A stretch of 64,000 bases of DNA from Eledone cirrhosa (lineage: Eukaryota): the NCBI GenBank assembly GCA_964016885.1, contig OZ024748.1, positions 17,360,001 to 17,424,000 on the forward strand. Reading direction: 5' to 3'. Shown piece after piece: positions 28,841-43,376 of this stretch. The position numbers and the translations under genes were made by a program. The stretch's first letter is position 1; each line of letters opens with the position of its first letter. The notes below the pieces were generated by a model, which worked only from the letters and a program-made list of their open reading frames with translations, ran no database searches and was not told where the DNA came from.

Positions 28841-30125
28841 GGTGGTGGTAGTAATAGTAGTAGTGGTGGTGGCGATAGTGGTTGTAGTAGTGGTAGTAGT
28901 GGTAGTCGTGTTGTTAGTAGTAGTGGTGGTAGTGGTAGTGGTGATAGTGGTGGTGGTGGTAGTAGTAGTGGTACCACCCCTAACATCACCAACACCACCA
29001 TGAACACCAATACCACATCACCACTACAACCACTACCACAGCCAAGACCACCAAGCTACCACCACCCTCACCCCAACCACCATCACCATGACACCACCAC
29101 CGCTACTACAACCACCACCACCATTACTACAACCACCACCACTACAACCATCACCACTACCACCATGATAGCACCACCGCCACAACAACACCACCAATAC
29201 CACAATAACCACTACCACTACTACCACTATAACCACCAGCACTAATACCACCACTACCACCACCACCACCACCACCACCACCACCACCACCACTACCACC
29301 ACCACTGCTACCATCACCACTACCTCTATAACCACCACCACTACCACCACCACCACTACCACCACTACCACCACCACTATAACCACCACCACTACCGCTA
29401 TAACCACCACCACCACCACTACTACCACCTCTACCAACACTACCACCACCACTACCACTACCACCACCACTGCTACCACCACTACCTCTATAACCACCAC
29501 CACCACCACCACCACTACTACCACTACCACCACCACCGCTACTACCACCATAACCACTACCGCTATAACCACCACCACTACCACTATAACCACCACCACC
29601 ACTACTACCACCACCACTACTACCACAACTACCTCTATAACCACCACCACCACTACCACCACCACCGCTACCTCCACCACCACTACTACCACCACTACCA
29701 CTATAACCACCACCACCACTACTACCACCTCTACCAACACTACCACCACCACTACCACCACCACCGCTACCTCCACCACCACTACTACCACCACTACCAT
29801 CACAGGTACCACTACTACCACCACCACTACTACCACCACTACCATCACCGGTACCACTACTACCACCACCACTACTACCACCACTACCATCACCGGTACC
29901 ACTGCTACCACCAAGATGTCACTGAAAAGTCATGTGATGCTTGTTTCAAATGAAAATATTGTGTAAAGTTGTTAGTTTTGATAAAACTGAGTTGGAAGGA
30001 ATAAGTAAAGAATAGTAATAATAAATAATAATTGGGTGATGGTGGCGGCGGTGATGGTGGTGGTGGTGGTGGTGGCGGCGGCGGCGTGGTGATTGGGAGG
30101 AGGTGATGATGACGATGATGATGAT
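27870..30125. repeat. (GGT/GTA)n then (ACC/ACT)n trinucleotide low-complexity block
   Basis: Direct reading; strand polarity flips at ~28972. Confidence 0.9.
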
Positions 30126-30469
30126 AATAGCTATTTGAATTAACTATTTATTTGAAGTGTTTTATGGACACTGGTGGAAATAGAGATACATGCACACACA
30201 CATATATATACACACACACACACATACACCCACGCACACACACACACACACACGCACACACACACACACACCTACACACACACACATTCATATGAAAAGC
30301 GGACGTAAAAACGATGATGATGATGATATATATATATATATACACATATATATATTTGTGTGTATGTGTGTATATATACACACGCGCGCACACACACATA
30401 CACACATACACACACACATATATATAACATCATCATCAGAATCATTTAGTGTCCAAATTTCCATTCCAG

Positions 30470-30559
30470 ATAAATAGATAGATAGATGGAGAGATGGAGA
30501 GAGAGAGAGAGACAGTTACATAAATAGATAGATAGATAGAGATAGAGAGAGAGAGAGGC

Positions 30560-30591
<32 letters not shown>

Positions 30592-30605
30592 AAGCAGTTA
30601 CATAA

Positions 30606-30636
<31 letters not shown>

Positions 30637-30843
30637 CAGACAGTTAAATAGATAGATAGATAGAGAGAGAGAGAGAGATAGACAGACAGTTACATAAATA
30701 GATAGATAGATAGATAGATAGATAAAGAGAGAGAGAGACAGTTACATAAATAGATAGATAGATAGATAGATAGATAAAGAGAGAGAGAGACAGTTACATA
30801 AATAGATAGATAGATAGATAAAGAGAGAGAGACAGTTACATAA

Positions 30844-30879
<36 letters not shown>

Positions 30880-30896
30880 AGAGAGAGATAGATAGA
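30470..30896. repeat. (GATA)n/(GA)n compound repeat with a cagttacataaa spacer
   Basis: Direct reading. Confidence 0.9.
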
Positions 30897-31061
30897 GCCT
30901 GAAAGAGGAGCTGTAGGAGGGTGTATGTGTGCTAATAGCAAGACATTTAAATCAAATGACATTCTTTAACAATCAGTCATTCGTGCATATCAAACATGGT
31001 TGAGTGCACCTGTTACTCTTATTTACTTCATTTTAGTTTTGTAGTTTTCTTCGGTAAAAGG

Positions 31062-31253
31062 CATCATCATCATCATCATCACAATCATCACTAATGATAC
31101 TTGTCATCATCATCATCATCATCATCATCACAATCACTGATGATGCTTGTCATCATCATCATCATCATCACCATGGCGATCTAAATCATTAGTGGCACCA
31201 TTTTGACTGTCATTGTTATCAGCAGCAGCAACAGCAGCAGCATGAGGACCATG

Positions 31254-31290
<37 letters not shown>

Positions 31291-31912
31291 CTCATCACCA
31301 TCCCTATTATCACCATCATCACCACCACCATATCATCACCATTCCTATTATCACCATCATCACCACCATCACCACCATATCATCACCATCACTATTATCA
31401 CCATCATCATCACCATCACCACCATATCATCACCATCCCTATTATCACCATCATCACCACCATCACCACCATATCATCACCATCACTATTATCACCATCA
31501 TCACCACCATCACCACCATATCATCACCATCACTATTATCACCATCATCACCACCATCACCACCATATCATCACCATCACTATTATCACCATCATCACCA
31601 CCATCACCACCATATCATCACCATCACTATTATCACCATCATCACCACCATCACCACCATATCATCACCATCCCTATTATCACCATCATCACCATCATCA
31701 CCATCACTATTATCACCATCATCACCACCATCACCACCATTACCACCATCACCACCATATCATCACCATCCCTATTATCACCATATCATGATCACCATCA
31801 CCACCATATCATCACCATCCCTATTATCACCATCATCACCACCATCACCACCATATCATCACCATCACTATTATCACCATATCATGATCACCATCATCAT
31901 CATCATCACCAT
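31062..31912. repeat. (CAT/CAC)n low-complexity tract with ~39-bp higher-order units
   Basis: Direct reading. Confidence 0.9.
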
Positions 31913-31974
31913 TGTCACATTATCGTGGCCTTTTGCCTAAATCATTAACCATTATTGGAAGATATAAAAAGTGA

Positions 31975-32700
31975 GGTAGACTGGCAATATTGGTAGAGTA
32001 TCAAACAAAATATTTTGTGGCATTCAGATATGGCCCTTTACATTCAGAGTTCAAATCTCACTGAGGTCAACTTTGCTCTTCAACCTTCTGTAGTCAATAA
32101 AATAAAGTACCAGTAATGTACTGCAGTCTATATAATTGACCTTCCCACCCTCCCTAAAATTGTTAGCCTTGTGCCTAAATCAGAAATTGTTATTTATATG
32201 GAAGATGCTGGTGGATTGGCAGAAGTGTTAGAGAATTAGACAAAGTGGTATCTAACATCTAATTAGTATTCTGAGTTCAAATCTCATCAAGGTCAGCTGT
32301 GCCTTTCAACCTTCAGGAGTCAATAAATTGAAGTACCAGCAAAGTCTAAAGTCTGTCTTAAGCCAGAAGGATCATTAGGCTGGTGCTTATCTCAGTTTTG
32401 TGGCAAGGAATGACTGAGAATACAAGACTTCCTCCTGGGCAAGATGCCATTCCATCACGGGGTTAAATCCCCAGCTATTGTTGGTACTTATTTTCAGCTG
32501 GGTATACTGGTGCAACATGAAACGAAGTGTTTTGCTCAAGAACACAACATGCAAGCCAGGCCAGGAATCGAACCTGTGACATTATGATCGTAAGATCAAC
32601 ACTCTTACTAGGAGGCCACGTGCAAAGCACTAGGGATCATTTGAATTGACTTCCCCTCTCCCTCATAAATTACTGATCTTTTACCTCTGGTAGAAACAAC
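31975..32700. mobile_element. Diverged Meta-type SINEs with a nested minus-strand tRNA SINE (~32360-32622)
   Basis: gagttcaaatctca..gaggtcaactttg...aaagtaccag; nested ttgctcaagaacacaac...ggaatcgaacc. Confidence 0.65.
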
Positions 32701-32809
32701 TGTTTCTATGGAAGTGAGAATATCATTTGTAAGTCTATAGCAGTGCACATGTGTGTATATGTCTATGTTTTACTTGATAATTGTTCATATGTTGTTGTTT
32801 AGCGGCAAA

Positions 32810-33070
32810 AGGTGTATGCCTTCATGTGTGGCTACAGAGTTGGATTCACAATCATGAGGTTGTGAGTTCAGTTCCTGAGCCGAGCAATGCATTATATCCT
32901 TGAGCAAGACTCTTTATTTCAAGTTGCTCTTTCTGCAAGAAATTGCAACCAGTAGATATCATATCATATATCATATCAGCAACTGGAAATACCAATGGAA
33001 ACATTGTTTCTTTGGTCCAATCTGATGAGTACCATATCTCTTGGTAACTGAATGAGATCAGAGATTTTGT
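32810..33070 (+). mobile_element. CORE-like SINE family 2, diverged
   Basis: gttgtgagttcagttcc...ccttgagcaagactcttt. Confidence 0.7.
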
Positions 33071-33311
33071 CTGATTGTGTTAGCCTAAATATGATCTATC
33101 TTTATATTTTTCCTTCGAGCCAAAATACTAAATTATACGATGTCTCATTTCTTTATTAAGACAATAATAAATTTGATGGATATTTGGCTTCTAAAATGTA
33201 TATATGTATGGATGTATGTGTGTGTGTGTATATATATATATCAGTTCCCGTCCCACCCTTGCTAGCAGGGAAAAGCGGACGTAAAATGAAATGATGATGA
33301 TGATGATGATG

Positions 33312-33344
<33 letters not shown>

Positions 33345-33632
33345 TCATCATCATCATCGTCGTCATTTATCGTCTATCTTCCACGGTACCATCTATCTGT
33401 ATATATATATATATATGTATGCATGTATATATCTATATGTATATATGGGTGTATATATATATATATATGTATGTATATATAATATATATATATATATATA
33501 CATATCATCATCGTCGTCGTCATTTAACGTCTATCTTCCACGCTAGCATCTATCTGTATATATATATATATATGTATATGTATGCATGTATATATCTATA
33601 TGTATATATGGGTGTATATATATATGTATGTT

Positions 33633-33692
<60 letters not shown>

Positions 33693-33966
33693 GGGAGGGT
33701 CATATTGTTGTAATAACATTGCCAGAAATAATAACAAAACACACTCACTGTTTGGTTTGGGTTGGTTTTCACTTCTATATCTTTTATAGCTACATAGTTA
33801 ATTTATCTGGCAATCAATGTTTATCATTTATTGACCAATGGTTAAAAATACAGATTGATATAAATATATATATATATATAGTCTAAGTTCTTTCATCACA
33901 AATCTGTGACAACATCAGTGGTACTATTATTTTTCCTTCCATAGTATTGTAATGCCTATGCGATTT

Positions 33967-33998
<32 letters not shown>

Positions 33999-34295
33999 AT
34001 ATATAAGAACAGAAGATGGTTAAAGGAGTTCCATGTATTTTATTATGCGCATTTCAAAAACAAACATCATCATGCAATAATATTTGTGTTTTCATCAGAT
34101 AAAACAGGAGGACATGATATGAAGGCTAAAAAACACTTGTGGATAGTGTAGTTTTAAATCAACATATCATATTGCTTTATTGTACTACAATAAAACTCAC
34201 CTCCTACATATATCTCTCTCTATATATATATGGATGTGTATATATATATATATCTCTATATATATATATCTATATATCTCTCTCTATATATATGG

Positions 34296-34335
<40 letters not shown>

Positions 34336-34457
34336 GTATATATATATATATATGGGTATATATATATATATATGGGTATATATATATATATATGGGTATA
34401 TATATATATATATATGGGTATATATATATATATATGGGTGTATATATATATATATGG

Positions 34458-34500
<43 letters not shown>

Positions 34501-34746
34501 CGTGTATGTATATATATATTTATAAAACAACCACATAGACGTTCCTACATTCCTACATTACTTCTTGTATTCTTGTAATTCCTTCTTTGGCTCTTCTAGA
34601 ATTATTATGTTTATGTTTTTGCATTGTATTATTTGGTTATTATATGCTTTCACTTCCACTTTCAAAAAGATTGAAATGGACAAAATGATCAAATCTCTAC
34701 TGACAACTATCAATATTTATCAAATAATGAGACTGAAAAAATACAT

Positions 34747-34809
<63 letters not shown>

Positions 34810-34819
34810 TATATATAAA

Positions 34820-35056
34820 TATAAGTATGTACACGTACATACATATATGTATACAGACGTACAGTAGTATGTATATATACATACATGCACACATATATAT
34901 ATATGCAAGTATGGATATGTGTGCATGTATGTATATATATATATACATACATACTACTGTACGTCTGTATACATATATGTATGTACGTGTACATACTTAT
35001 ATTTAAGTAACAGCCGTACTAAGAGTGGGAAATGAAATTTCGTTTCATTTTTTTCC

Positions 35057-35061
<5 letters not shown>
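34820..35061. mobile_element. Truncated fold-back copy of the 49160-49710 HHR element
   Basis: Same 3' end atttaagtaacagccgtactaagagtgggaaatgaaatttcgtttc; inverted arm. Confidence 0.8.
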
Positions 35062-35118
<57 letters not shown>

Positions 35119-35314
35119 GTATTTATATTCTATTTTTTTCATGTTTACTTCGAGTTTTATCTGTTTGTAATAAAAACATGATGAAAAAATAATTATGCTA
35201 ATTAAATAATTCAATATATCGATATAGAAGACATTCTAAGCATTAAATTACTTAGAAATCATAAGTTCCAGTCTGAGACATCTTCTCAAGGAACACACAA
35301 TCAGGATTATTACC

Positions 35315-35348
<34 letters not shown>

Positions 35349-35471
35349 ATATATATATATAATATGTAAGTAAGTGTATATATATATGTGTATGTATGTA
35401 CATATATATATACTATACACACACACAACATATATACTATACACACACACATATATATATGCGTATATATG

Positions 35472-35514
<43 letters not shown>

Positions 35515-35636
35515 GTAAATACATATATACTATACACGCACACATACACACATGTATATATATATGTATATGCATATATATAAATACATATATACTATAC
35601 ACGCACACATACACACATATATATATATATGTATGC

Positions 35637-35670
<34 letters not shown>

Positions 35671-35944
35671 CGGGAGAGACAAACACATATATATATATTA
35701 ATTTTATAAAGATAATGGGCTAGAAGACTGAAGTCTGTGGGTTATTGGTTCAATATCATTTCTATGAAACAATAATGGAAGAAAACAATACAAAAAAAGA
35801 ACACACCAGTATATCTACAAATAACAAATAAAAAAAAAATCTTGTTAAACTTCCGAGAGAAAGAGGTGGGGGAGAGTGGAGGTGGGAGATAAAAATAAAA
35901 TTATCAATAATACCAATAAATACAAATAGTTACAAGGATCTAAT

Positions 35945-36133
35945 AATAATTGTTTCTTCTTTTGGCACAAGGCCAGCAATTAACGCAGTGTATTACTGGT
36001 ACTTTATTTTATCGACCCCGTAAGGATGAAAGGCAAAGTTAACCTCGGCGGGATTTGAACTCAGACCGTAAAGGGCCATAACTCTGTGCTGCAAAGCATG
36101 GCGTCCGACCCTCCACCGATACTGCCAATCCAC
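35945..36133 (-). mobile_element. Meta-type SINE
   Basis: Same family as the 14020-15580 cluster. Confidence 0.85.
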
Positions 36134-36466
36134 AGCCTCAAGAACCTAATAATAATGATATCTTTATTAGCCACAAGGGCAGGTACATAGATTTCAGTAA
36201 ATATTATAAACAAGGGTTAACAGTAATATATGTGGGGTTAGATTGGCATTGTTACATTTAGTGGAAGGCACTCTGTCGGTTACAACAACGGGTGTTCCAG
36301 GAGATCCGATCAATCGAACGGCCTGCTTGTGAAATTAATGTGCAAGTGGCCGAGCATTCTACAAACACCTGTACCCTTAATGTAGTTCTCAGGAAGATTC
36401 AGCGAGACACAGAATGTGACAAGCCTGGCCCTTCGAATTACAACTACAACACATTTTTGCCAGCTG

Positions 36467-36824
36467 AGTAAATATTATAAATATAGGGGTTACATAACAT
36501 GTGGGATTAGGCAGAGAATTTTATATTACTTTAAACATTATAAATATATGGGTTACACATGTGGGGCTGGACAGACAATGTTATATGACAGTAAATATTA
36601 TAAATATAGGGGTTACACTACATGTGGGGCTGGACAGGTAGTGTTTTATATATAGTACAGTAAATAGTATAGAAATAGGGGTTACACTACATGTGGCGGT
36701 TGGACAGACAGTGTTATATATAAGACAGTAAAAATTATAAATATAGGGGTTACACTACATGTGGGGCTGGACAGATAGTGTTATATATAGTACAGTAAAT
36801 ATTATAAATATAGGGGTTACACTA
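36467..36824. repeat. ~60-68-bp minisatellite, ~6 copies
   Basis: agtaaatattataaatataggggttacactacatgtggggctggacag... Confidence 0.85.
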
Positions 36825-37306
36825 CCCGAAATCTGGGGGAAAAGGAAAGTTGATTATATTGACCACAGTGCTGCCCAAGCATCAACAGAGTCTATTTTCA
36901 GCCTTGACAGTACTATCTTTTTGTCTATCTAGAACTTCATTGTCCAATATACACACTCTGTTTGTGCCCCAGCATGGCCACTGTCTAACGTCTGAAGCCA
37001 ATAAAAACAAAGAGAAATATTGACAGTAATGGTTAACAAGCACAGATTACAATGTGATTGAGAAAATGAGAATTCTAGTAAACAGTCAATGTTCAGATAA
37101 AACCAATTTAACAGACTATTAATGGATGGTGCCAGAATTCCTGCTACCGAGAATGGCTGCTCTCCAGTCTGTTTGGGGTTAAAGGATATTTAAAAAAAAA
37201 CAGCAAAAAATGCAACTGGGAGAGAAAATAGAAATAGTTTAATTATCAATATAAAGAATGTGTGAATGTTTTTGTTGTTGTTGTCTTACGTATTTTTGTT
37301 CATTCT

Positions 37307-37785
37307 TTAACCCTTTCTTTACCATATTCCTAATGAAAGACACTGTCTATGTCTTCAACCCTTTCATTGCCATATTTCTGATGAAAGACACTGTCTATGT
37401 CTTCAACCCTTTCTTTACCATATTCCTAATGAAAGACACTGTCTATGTCTTCAACCCTTTCATTGCCATATTCCTAATGAAAGACACTGTCTATGTCTTC
37501 AACCCTTTCATTGCCATATTTCTGATGAAAGACAATGTCTATGTCTTCAACCCTTTCTTTACCATATTCCTAATGAAAGACAATGTCTATGTCTTCAACC
37601 CTTTCTTTACCATATTCCTAATGAAAGACACTGTCTATGTCTTCAACCCTTTCTTTACCATATTCCTAATGAAAGACAATGTCTATGTCTTCAACCCTTT
37701 CATTGCCATATTTCTGATGAAAGACACTGTCTATGTCTTCAACCCTTTCATTACCATATTTCTGATGAAAGACACTACCTATGAC
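37307..37785. repeat. 48-bp tandem repeat (~10 copies) derived from a TTAA-CCCTTT MITE end
   Basis: Unit aaccctttctttaccatattcctaatgaaagacactgtctatgtcttc; resembles single ends at 16512 and 52111. Confidence 0.85.
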
Positions 37786-37857
37786 TTTTCCGAAAATTTT
37801 GAAAATGATGAAGAATTTGGAAAGATATACTAAAATGACTGACTTTACCATTATTAA

Positions 37858-38040
37858 GCTGGCAGTATTGGTAGAAGTGTGGATGCCATGCTTTGCAACA
37901 TAGAGTTACGGCCTTTTACGTTCTGAGTTCAAATCCCGCCGAGGTTAACTTTACCTTTCATCCTTACAAGGGTTGATAAAATAAAGTACCAGTAATGTAC
38001 TGGGTAATTGCTGGCCTTGTGCCAATAGTAGAAACAATTA
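37858..38040 (+). mobile_element. Meta-type SINE
   Basis: Same family as the 14020-15580 cluster. Confidence 0.85.
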
Positions 38041-38067
38041 TGAAGTTGATGTTTGGAACATATCATT

Positions 38068-38262
38068 TGGTGGTGGTGGTGGTGGTGGTGGCAGTGACGG
38101 TAGTGGTTGTAGGAGTAGTAGTAGTAGTAGTAGTGGTAGTAGTAGTAGTGGTAATGGTAGTGGTTGTAGGAGTAGTAGTAGCAGTAGTAGTAGTAGTAGT
38201 AGTAGTGGTGGTAATGGTAGTGGTTGTAGTAGTAGTAGTAGTGGTAATGGTAGTGGTTGTAG

Positions 38263-38303
<41 letters not shown>

Positions 38304-38836
38304 ATGGTAGTGGTTGTAGTAGTAGCAGTAGTAGTAGTAGTAATAGTAGTAGTGGTAATGGTAGTGGTTGTAGGAGTAGTAGTGGTAATGGTAGTGGTTG
38401 TAGGAGTAGTAGTAGTGGTAGTGGTTGTAGTAGTAGTAGTATTAGTGGTAATGGTAGTGGTTGTAGGAGTAGTAGTAGTAGTGGTAGTGGTTGTAGGAGT
38501 AGTAGTAGTAGTGGTAGTGGTTGTAGGAGTAGTAGTGGTAATGGTAGTGGTTGTAGGAGTAGTAGTAGTAGTAGTGGTAGTGGTTGTAGTAGTAGTAGTA
38601 GTAGTGGTAATGGTAGTGGTTGTAGGAGTAGTAGTAGTAGTAGTAGTGGTAGTGGTTGTAGGAGTGGTTGTAGGAGTAGTAGTAGTAGTGGTAATGGTAT
38701 TGAGAACATAATGATCCATGTGGTGGTTGATTGCAGGTCATGTTAGTTAGTCAGTTAGTCAATTAGTATGTTGTATTAGTATGTTGTATTAGTATGTTGT
38801 ATTAGTATGTTGTATTAGTATGTTGTATTAGTATGT
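38068..38836. repeat. (GTA/GTG)n tract followed by a 13-bp repeat (tagtatgttgtat)
   Basis: Direct reading. Confidence 0.9.
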
Positions 38837-38907
38837 TTGTGCTATTATTGTGGTGTAATGTTTGATGCATGGGCTGGCTGGTTACAGGTCAACTGAGATA
38901 AAAAAAA

Positions 38908-41573
38908 ATGATATAAAAGGAATGGTACAATATATTTATGAAAGGATACACATGTGTGTATGAAAAGATACACATGTGTGTATGAAAAGATACACATGTG
39001 TGTATGAAAAGATACACATGTGTGTATGAAAAGATACACATGTGTGTATGAAATGATACACATGTGTGTATGAAAGGATACACATGTGTGTATGGAAAGA
39101 TATACACATGTGTGTATGGAAAGATACACATGTGTGTATGAAAAGATACACATGTGTGTATGAAAAGATACACATGTGTGTATGAAAAGATACATATGTG
39201 TGTATGAAAGGATATACACATGTGTGTATGAAAAGATACATATGTGTGTATGAAAGGATATACACATGTGTGTATGAAAAGATACACATGTGTGTATGAA
39301 AAGATACACATGTGTGTATGAAAAGATACACATGTGTGTATGAAAAGATACATATGTGTGTATGAAAGGATATACACATGTGTGTATGAAAAGATACACA
39401 TGTGTGTATGAAAAGATATACATGTGTGTATGAAAGGATATACATGTGTGTATGAAAAGATATACACATGTGTGTATGAAAAGATATACATGTGTGTATG
39501 AAAGGATATACATGTGTGTATGAAAAGATATACATGTGTGTATGAAAGGATATACATGTGTGTATGAAAAGATATACACATGTGTGTATGAAAAGATACA
39601 TATGTGTGTATGAAAGGATATACACATGTGTGTATGAAAAGATACACATGTGTGTATGAAAAGATATACATGTGTGTATGAAAAGATATACATGTGTGTA
39701 TGAAAAGATATACATGTGTGTATGAAAAGATATACACATGTGTGTATGAAAAGATATACATGTGTGTATGAAAAGATATACATGTGTGTATGAAAGGATA
39801 TACATGTGTGTATGAAAAGATATACACATGTGTGTATGAAAAGATATACATGTGTGTATGAAAAGATATACATGTGTGTATGAAAGGATATACATGTGTG
39901 TATGAAAAGATATACACATGTGTGTATGAAAAGATATACATGTGTGTATGAAAAGATATACATGTGTGTATGAAAAGATATACATGTGTGTATGAAAGGA
40001 TATACATGTGTGTATGAAAAGATATACACATGTGTGTATGAAAAGATATACATGTGTGTATGAAAGGATATACATGTGTGTATGAAAAGATATACATGTG
40101 TGTATGAAAGGATATACATGTGTGTATGAAAAGATATACACATGTGTGTATGAAAAGATATACACATGTGTGTATGAAAAGATACATATGTGTGTATGAA
40201 AGGATATACACATGTGTGTATGAAAAGATACACACGTGTGTATGAAAAGATATACATGTGTGTATGAAAAGATATACATGTGTGTATGAAAAGATATACA
40301 CATGTGTGTATGAAATGATACACATGTGTGTATGAAAAGATATACATGTGTGTATGAAAAGATATACATGTGTGTATGAAAAGATATACATGTGTGTATG
40401 AAAGGATATACATGTGTGTATGAAAGGATACACACGTGTGTATGAAAAGATATACATATGTGTGTATGAAAAGATACATATGTGTGTATGAAAGGATATA
40501 CACATGTGTGTATGAAAGGATACACACGTGTGTATGAAAAGATACACACGTGTGTATGAAAAGATACATATGTGTAACCTTTCATACACACATATCTGTA
40601 TCTTTTCAGACACACATGTGTATCTTTTCATACACACATGTGTATATCCTTTCATACACACGTGTATCTTTTCATACACACATATGTGTATCTTTTCATA
40701 CACACATATGTATCTTTTCATACACACATGTGTATCTTTTCATACACACATGTATATCCTTTCATACACACATGTGTATATCCTTTCATACACACATGTG
40801 TATCTTTTCATACACACATGTGTATATCCTTTCATACACACATGTGTATCTTTTCATACACACATGTGTATATCCTTTCATACACACATGTGTATATCCT
40901 TTCATACACACATGTATCTTTTCATACACACATATGTATCTTTTCATACACACACGTGTATCTTTTCATACACACATGTGTATATCCTTTCATACACACA
41001 TGTGTATCATTTCATACACACATGTATATCCTTTCATACACACATGTGTATCATTTCATACACACATGTGTATCTTTTCATACACACATGTATATCTTTT
41101 CATACACACATGTGTATATCCTTTCATACACATATATGTATCCTTTCATTCACACGTGTATATCCTTTCATACACACATATGTATATCTTTTCAGACACA
41201 CATATGTATCCTTTCATACACACATGTGTATATCCTTTCATACACACATGTGTATCTTTTCATACACACATGTGTATCTTTTCATACACACATGTGTGTC
41301 TTTTCGTACACACATGTATATCCTTTCATACACACATGTGTATATCCTTTCAGACACACATGTGTATCTTTTCATACACACATGTGTATCCTTTCATAAA
41401 TATATTGTACCATTCCTTTTATATCATGTGTGTATGAAAAGATAAATATATGGGTATGAAGACATTCAAACATGTGTATGGAATAATAGATATATGTGTA
41501 TGAAAAGATACACAGATGTGTATGAAGAAATACACATATGCGTATGTCTTCATACACATATATGTATATTTTC
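38908..41573. repeat. 20/22-bp minisatellite with an internal inversion
   Basis: Unit gatacacatgtgtgtatgaaaa to ~40575, then the reverse complement; unique flank 38908-38940 recurs inverted at ~41395-41427. Confidence 0.92.
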
Positions 41574-41773
41574 NNNNNNNNNNNNNNNNNNNNNNNNNNN
41601 NNNNNNNNNNNNNNNNNNNNNNNNNNNNNNNNNNNNNNNNNNNNNNNNNNNNNNNNNNNNNNNNNNNNNNNNNNNNNNNNNNNNNNNNNNNNNNNNNNNN
41701 NNNNNNNNNNNNNNNNNNNNNNNNNNNNNNNNNNNNNNNNNNNNNNNNNNNNNNNNNNNNNNNNNNNNNNNNN
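41574..41773. other. Assembly gap (200 N)
   Basis: N run. Confidence 1.
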
Positions 41774-41775
41774 CA

Positions 41776-41850
41776 CAACATTCGATTCATTTGCAATTAT
41801 GCAAACAAGCCTCAATTGTATAGCCATGTCACTAGAATGAATCCTTCATT
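41776..41850 (+). mobile_element. Short dispersed repeat (also ~44990-45060 and ~48970-49040)
   Basis: tttgcaatt.tgcaaaca...tagccatgtca.tagaatga found three times. Confidence 0.6.
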
Positions 41851-42084
41851 CTTGGTATATAATTTGTGTATACAGTAACAGCGTATAATTAGGTGGCATA
41901 GTGATGGTAGTGGTGAGGGTGTTGGTGGTAGTGCTGGTGGTGGTGAGGGTGTTGGTGGTAGTGGTGGTGGTGAATTACTTAAGAGGAGAGTAAAATAATA
42001 GAATGAAACTCCATTGGTTTACATGATGAATGTTCCAGTGAGAAAGAGAGACAAAGAGAAAGTATAAGATCTACAATTAAATAT

Positions 42085-42123
<39 letters not shown>

Positions 42124-42126
<3 letters not shown>

Positions 42127-42356
42127 AATTAAAATACTAGAGTGTGTTGGAGTTAAACACCCTCTTCATATTATAGAAATGACAGTAAAGGTATAGCTCA
42201 ATGTAATTAAACAGAGCCGAAGAATTAAGAAATAAACAAAAGAAGCCTTCAATACATCAAAAGTCTTTATTAGCCAACAATGTTACGTCCTATTAAGGAC
42301 TCATCAGGGCAAGTAAAGCTATAAGAAGCACTATCAGCCAATACAAGCCCAAAACT
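42124..42356 (-). mobile_element. ~230-bp HHR element, copy 2
   Basis: Reverse complement of 9365-9596; core at 42301-42307, GAAA mutated to GTAA. Confidence 0.85.
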
Positions 42357-42383
42357 ATATATATATATATATATATAGTATCT

Positions 42384-42447
42384 CATCTGATGAACAGGCC
42401 AGACGTTTCTGTAAGGATCGTCTAGTTCTTGAAACCTTTGGTAATGG
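42384..42447 (+). ncRNA. Type I hammerhead in element 42378-42630
   Basis: cat-CTGATGA-...agacg..cgtct...-GAAACC-ttt-GGTA-atg. Confidence 0.7.
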
Positions 42448-42626
42448 AATCTCTTTTACCTGTTCCAGCAATCCGGCTGAGGCCTTCCTGGGGCACTGCC
42501 CTTCGAATAATTATATTGTGTTGTTTATTATTTTATTTATTATGTAATTAAATAGCTCTGTACTATATATAGAGCACTCTTCTTTCCTTTACCTTTTCTA
42601 CGGAAATAGAAATACTTAACACATAA

Positions 42627-42659
<33 letters not shown>

Positions 42660-42662
<3 letters not shown>

Positions 42663-43092
42663 AAGAAACACAGTAAGCCGTGTGTCTAATATTACGAGGG
42701 TTGAAAGACCACATTTGTTTGAAATATTTAACCATGAAGCAGACAGAATGATAAAATAAAATAAAATTATATTATATAAAATTAAATTATATTAAATAAA
42801 ATAAAATTATATTATACAAACCGTCTCAATAACAATTATATCTCTCGGACAGATTAGGGATAATCTGTTTCGCCCGCTTTGTATAATATAATTTAATTTT
42901 ATTTTATCATTCTGTCTGCTTCATGGTTAAATATTTCAAACAAATGTGGTCTTTCAACCCTCATAATATTAGACACACGGCTTACTGTGTTTCTTACTAC
43001 ATATATATTATTATTATAATGCTCGGTATTTTATACTTTGAGCTTATTGATGACAGGGTTTCAGTAAGAGTTATTAACTCTAACTTTCATTT
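42660..43092. mobile_element. Fold-back element of the 25524-26098 family
   Basis: ~110-bp inverted arms; minus-strand half HHR gggc-GAAAC-agattatccctaatct-GTC-cgagaga at 42841-42876. Confidence 0.75.
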
Positions 43093-43242
43093 ATATATAT
43101 ATATATATATATGTATGAATGAAGTAATTCCGTCGGAAAAGTCCACGAAAAAAGAGTGCTCTATGTAGGTAACAGAGCTTAATTATTATTATTATGTAAT
43201 AAACAACATAAAATCCAAATTCAATAAACAAACCAGGATTTT

Positions 43243-43300
43243 TTCATTCTGAGGATTGAAAGCAAAACCTTTTGCTTTTAAGAAACCACTGGTAAATGGA
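43243..43300 (+). ncRNA. Type I hammerhead in fold-back element 43115-43340
   Basis: catt-CTGAGGA-ttgaaagcaaaa cc ttttgcttttaa-GAAACC-act-GGTA-aatg; related to the 42378 and 47118 elements. Confidence 0.8.
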
Positions 43301-43333
43301 ATAATTGCCTTATGTTGTTTATTACATAATAAT

Positions 43334-43376
<43 letters not shown>

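Noticed and set aside
28022-29914. Pro-, Gly- and Val-rich ORFs (also 31203-31940, 37995-38719, 59973-60851)
   Set aside because: Trinucleotide low-complexity DNA open on both strands, with no domain or splice evidence
33022-33062. CTGATGA followed by a hairpin, as a possible hammerhead
   Set aside because: Lacks GAAA/NUH and a convincing stem I; lies within a SINE tail
38845-41445. 250-612 aa His/Cys-rich ORFs
   Set aside because: Produced by the 20/22-bp minisatellite and open in all three frames
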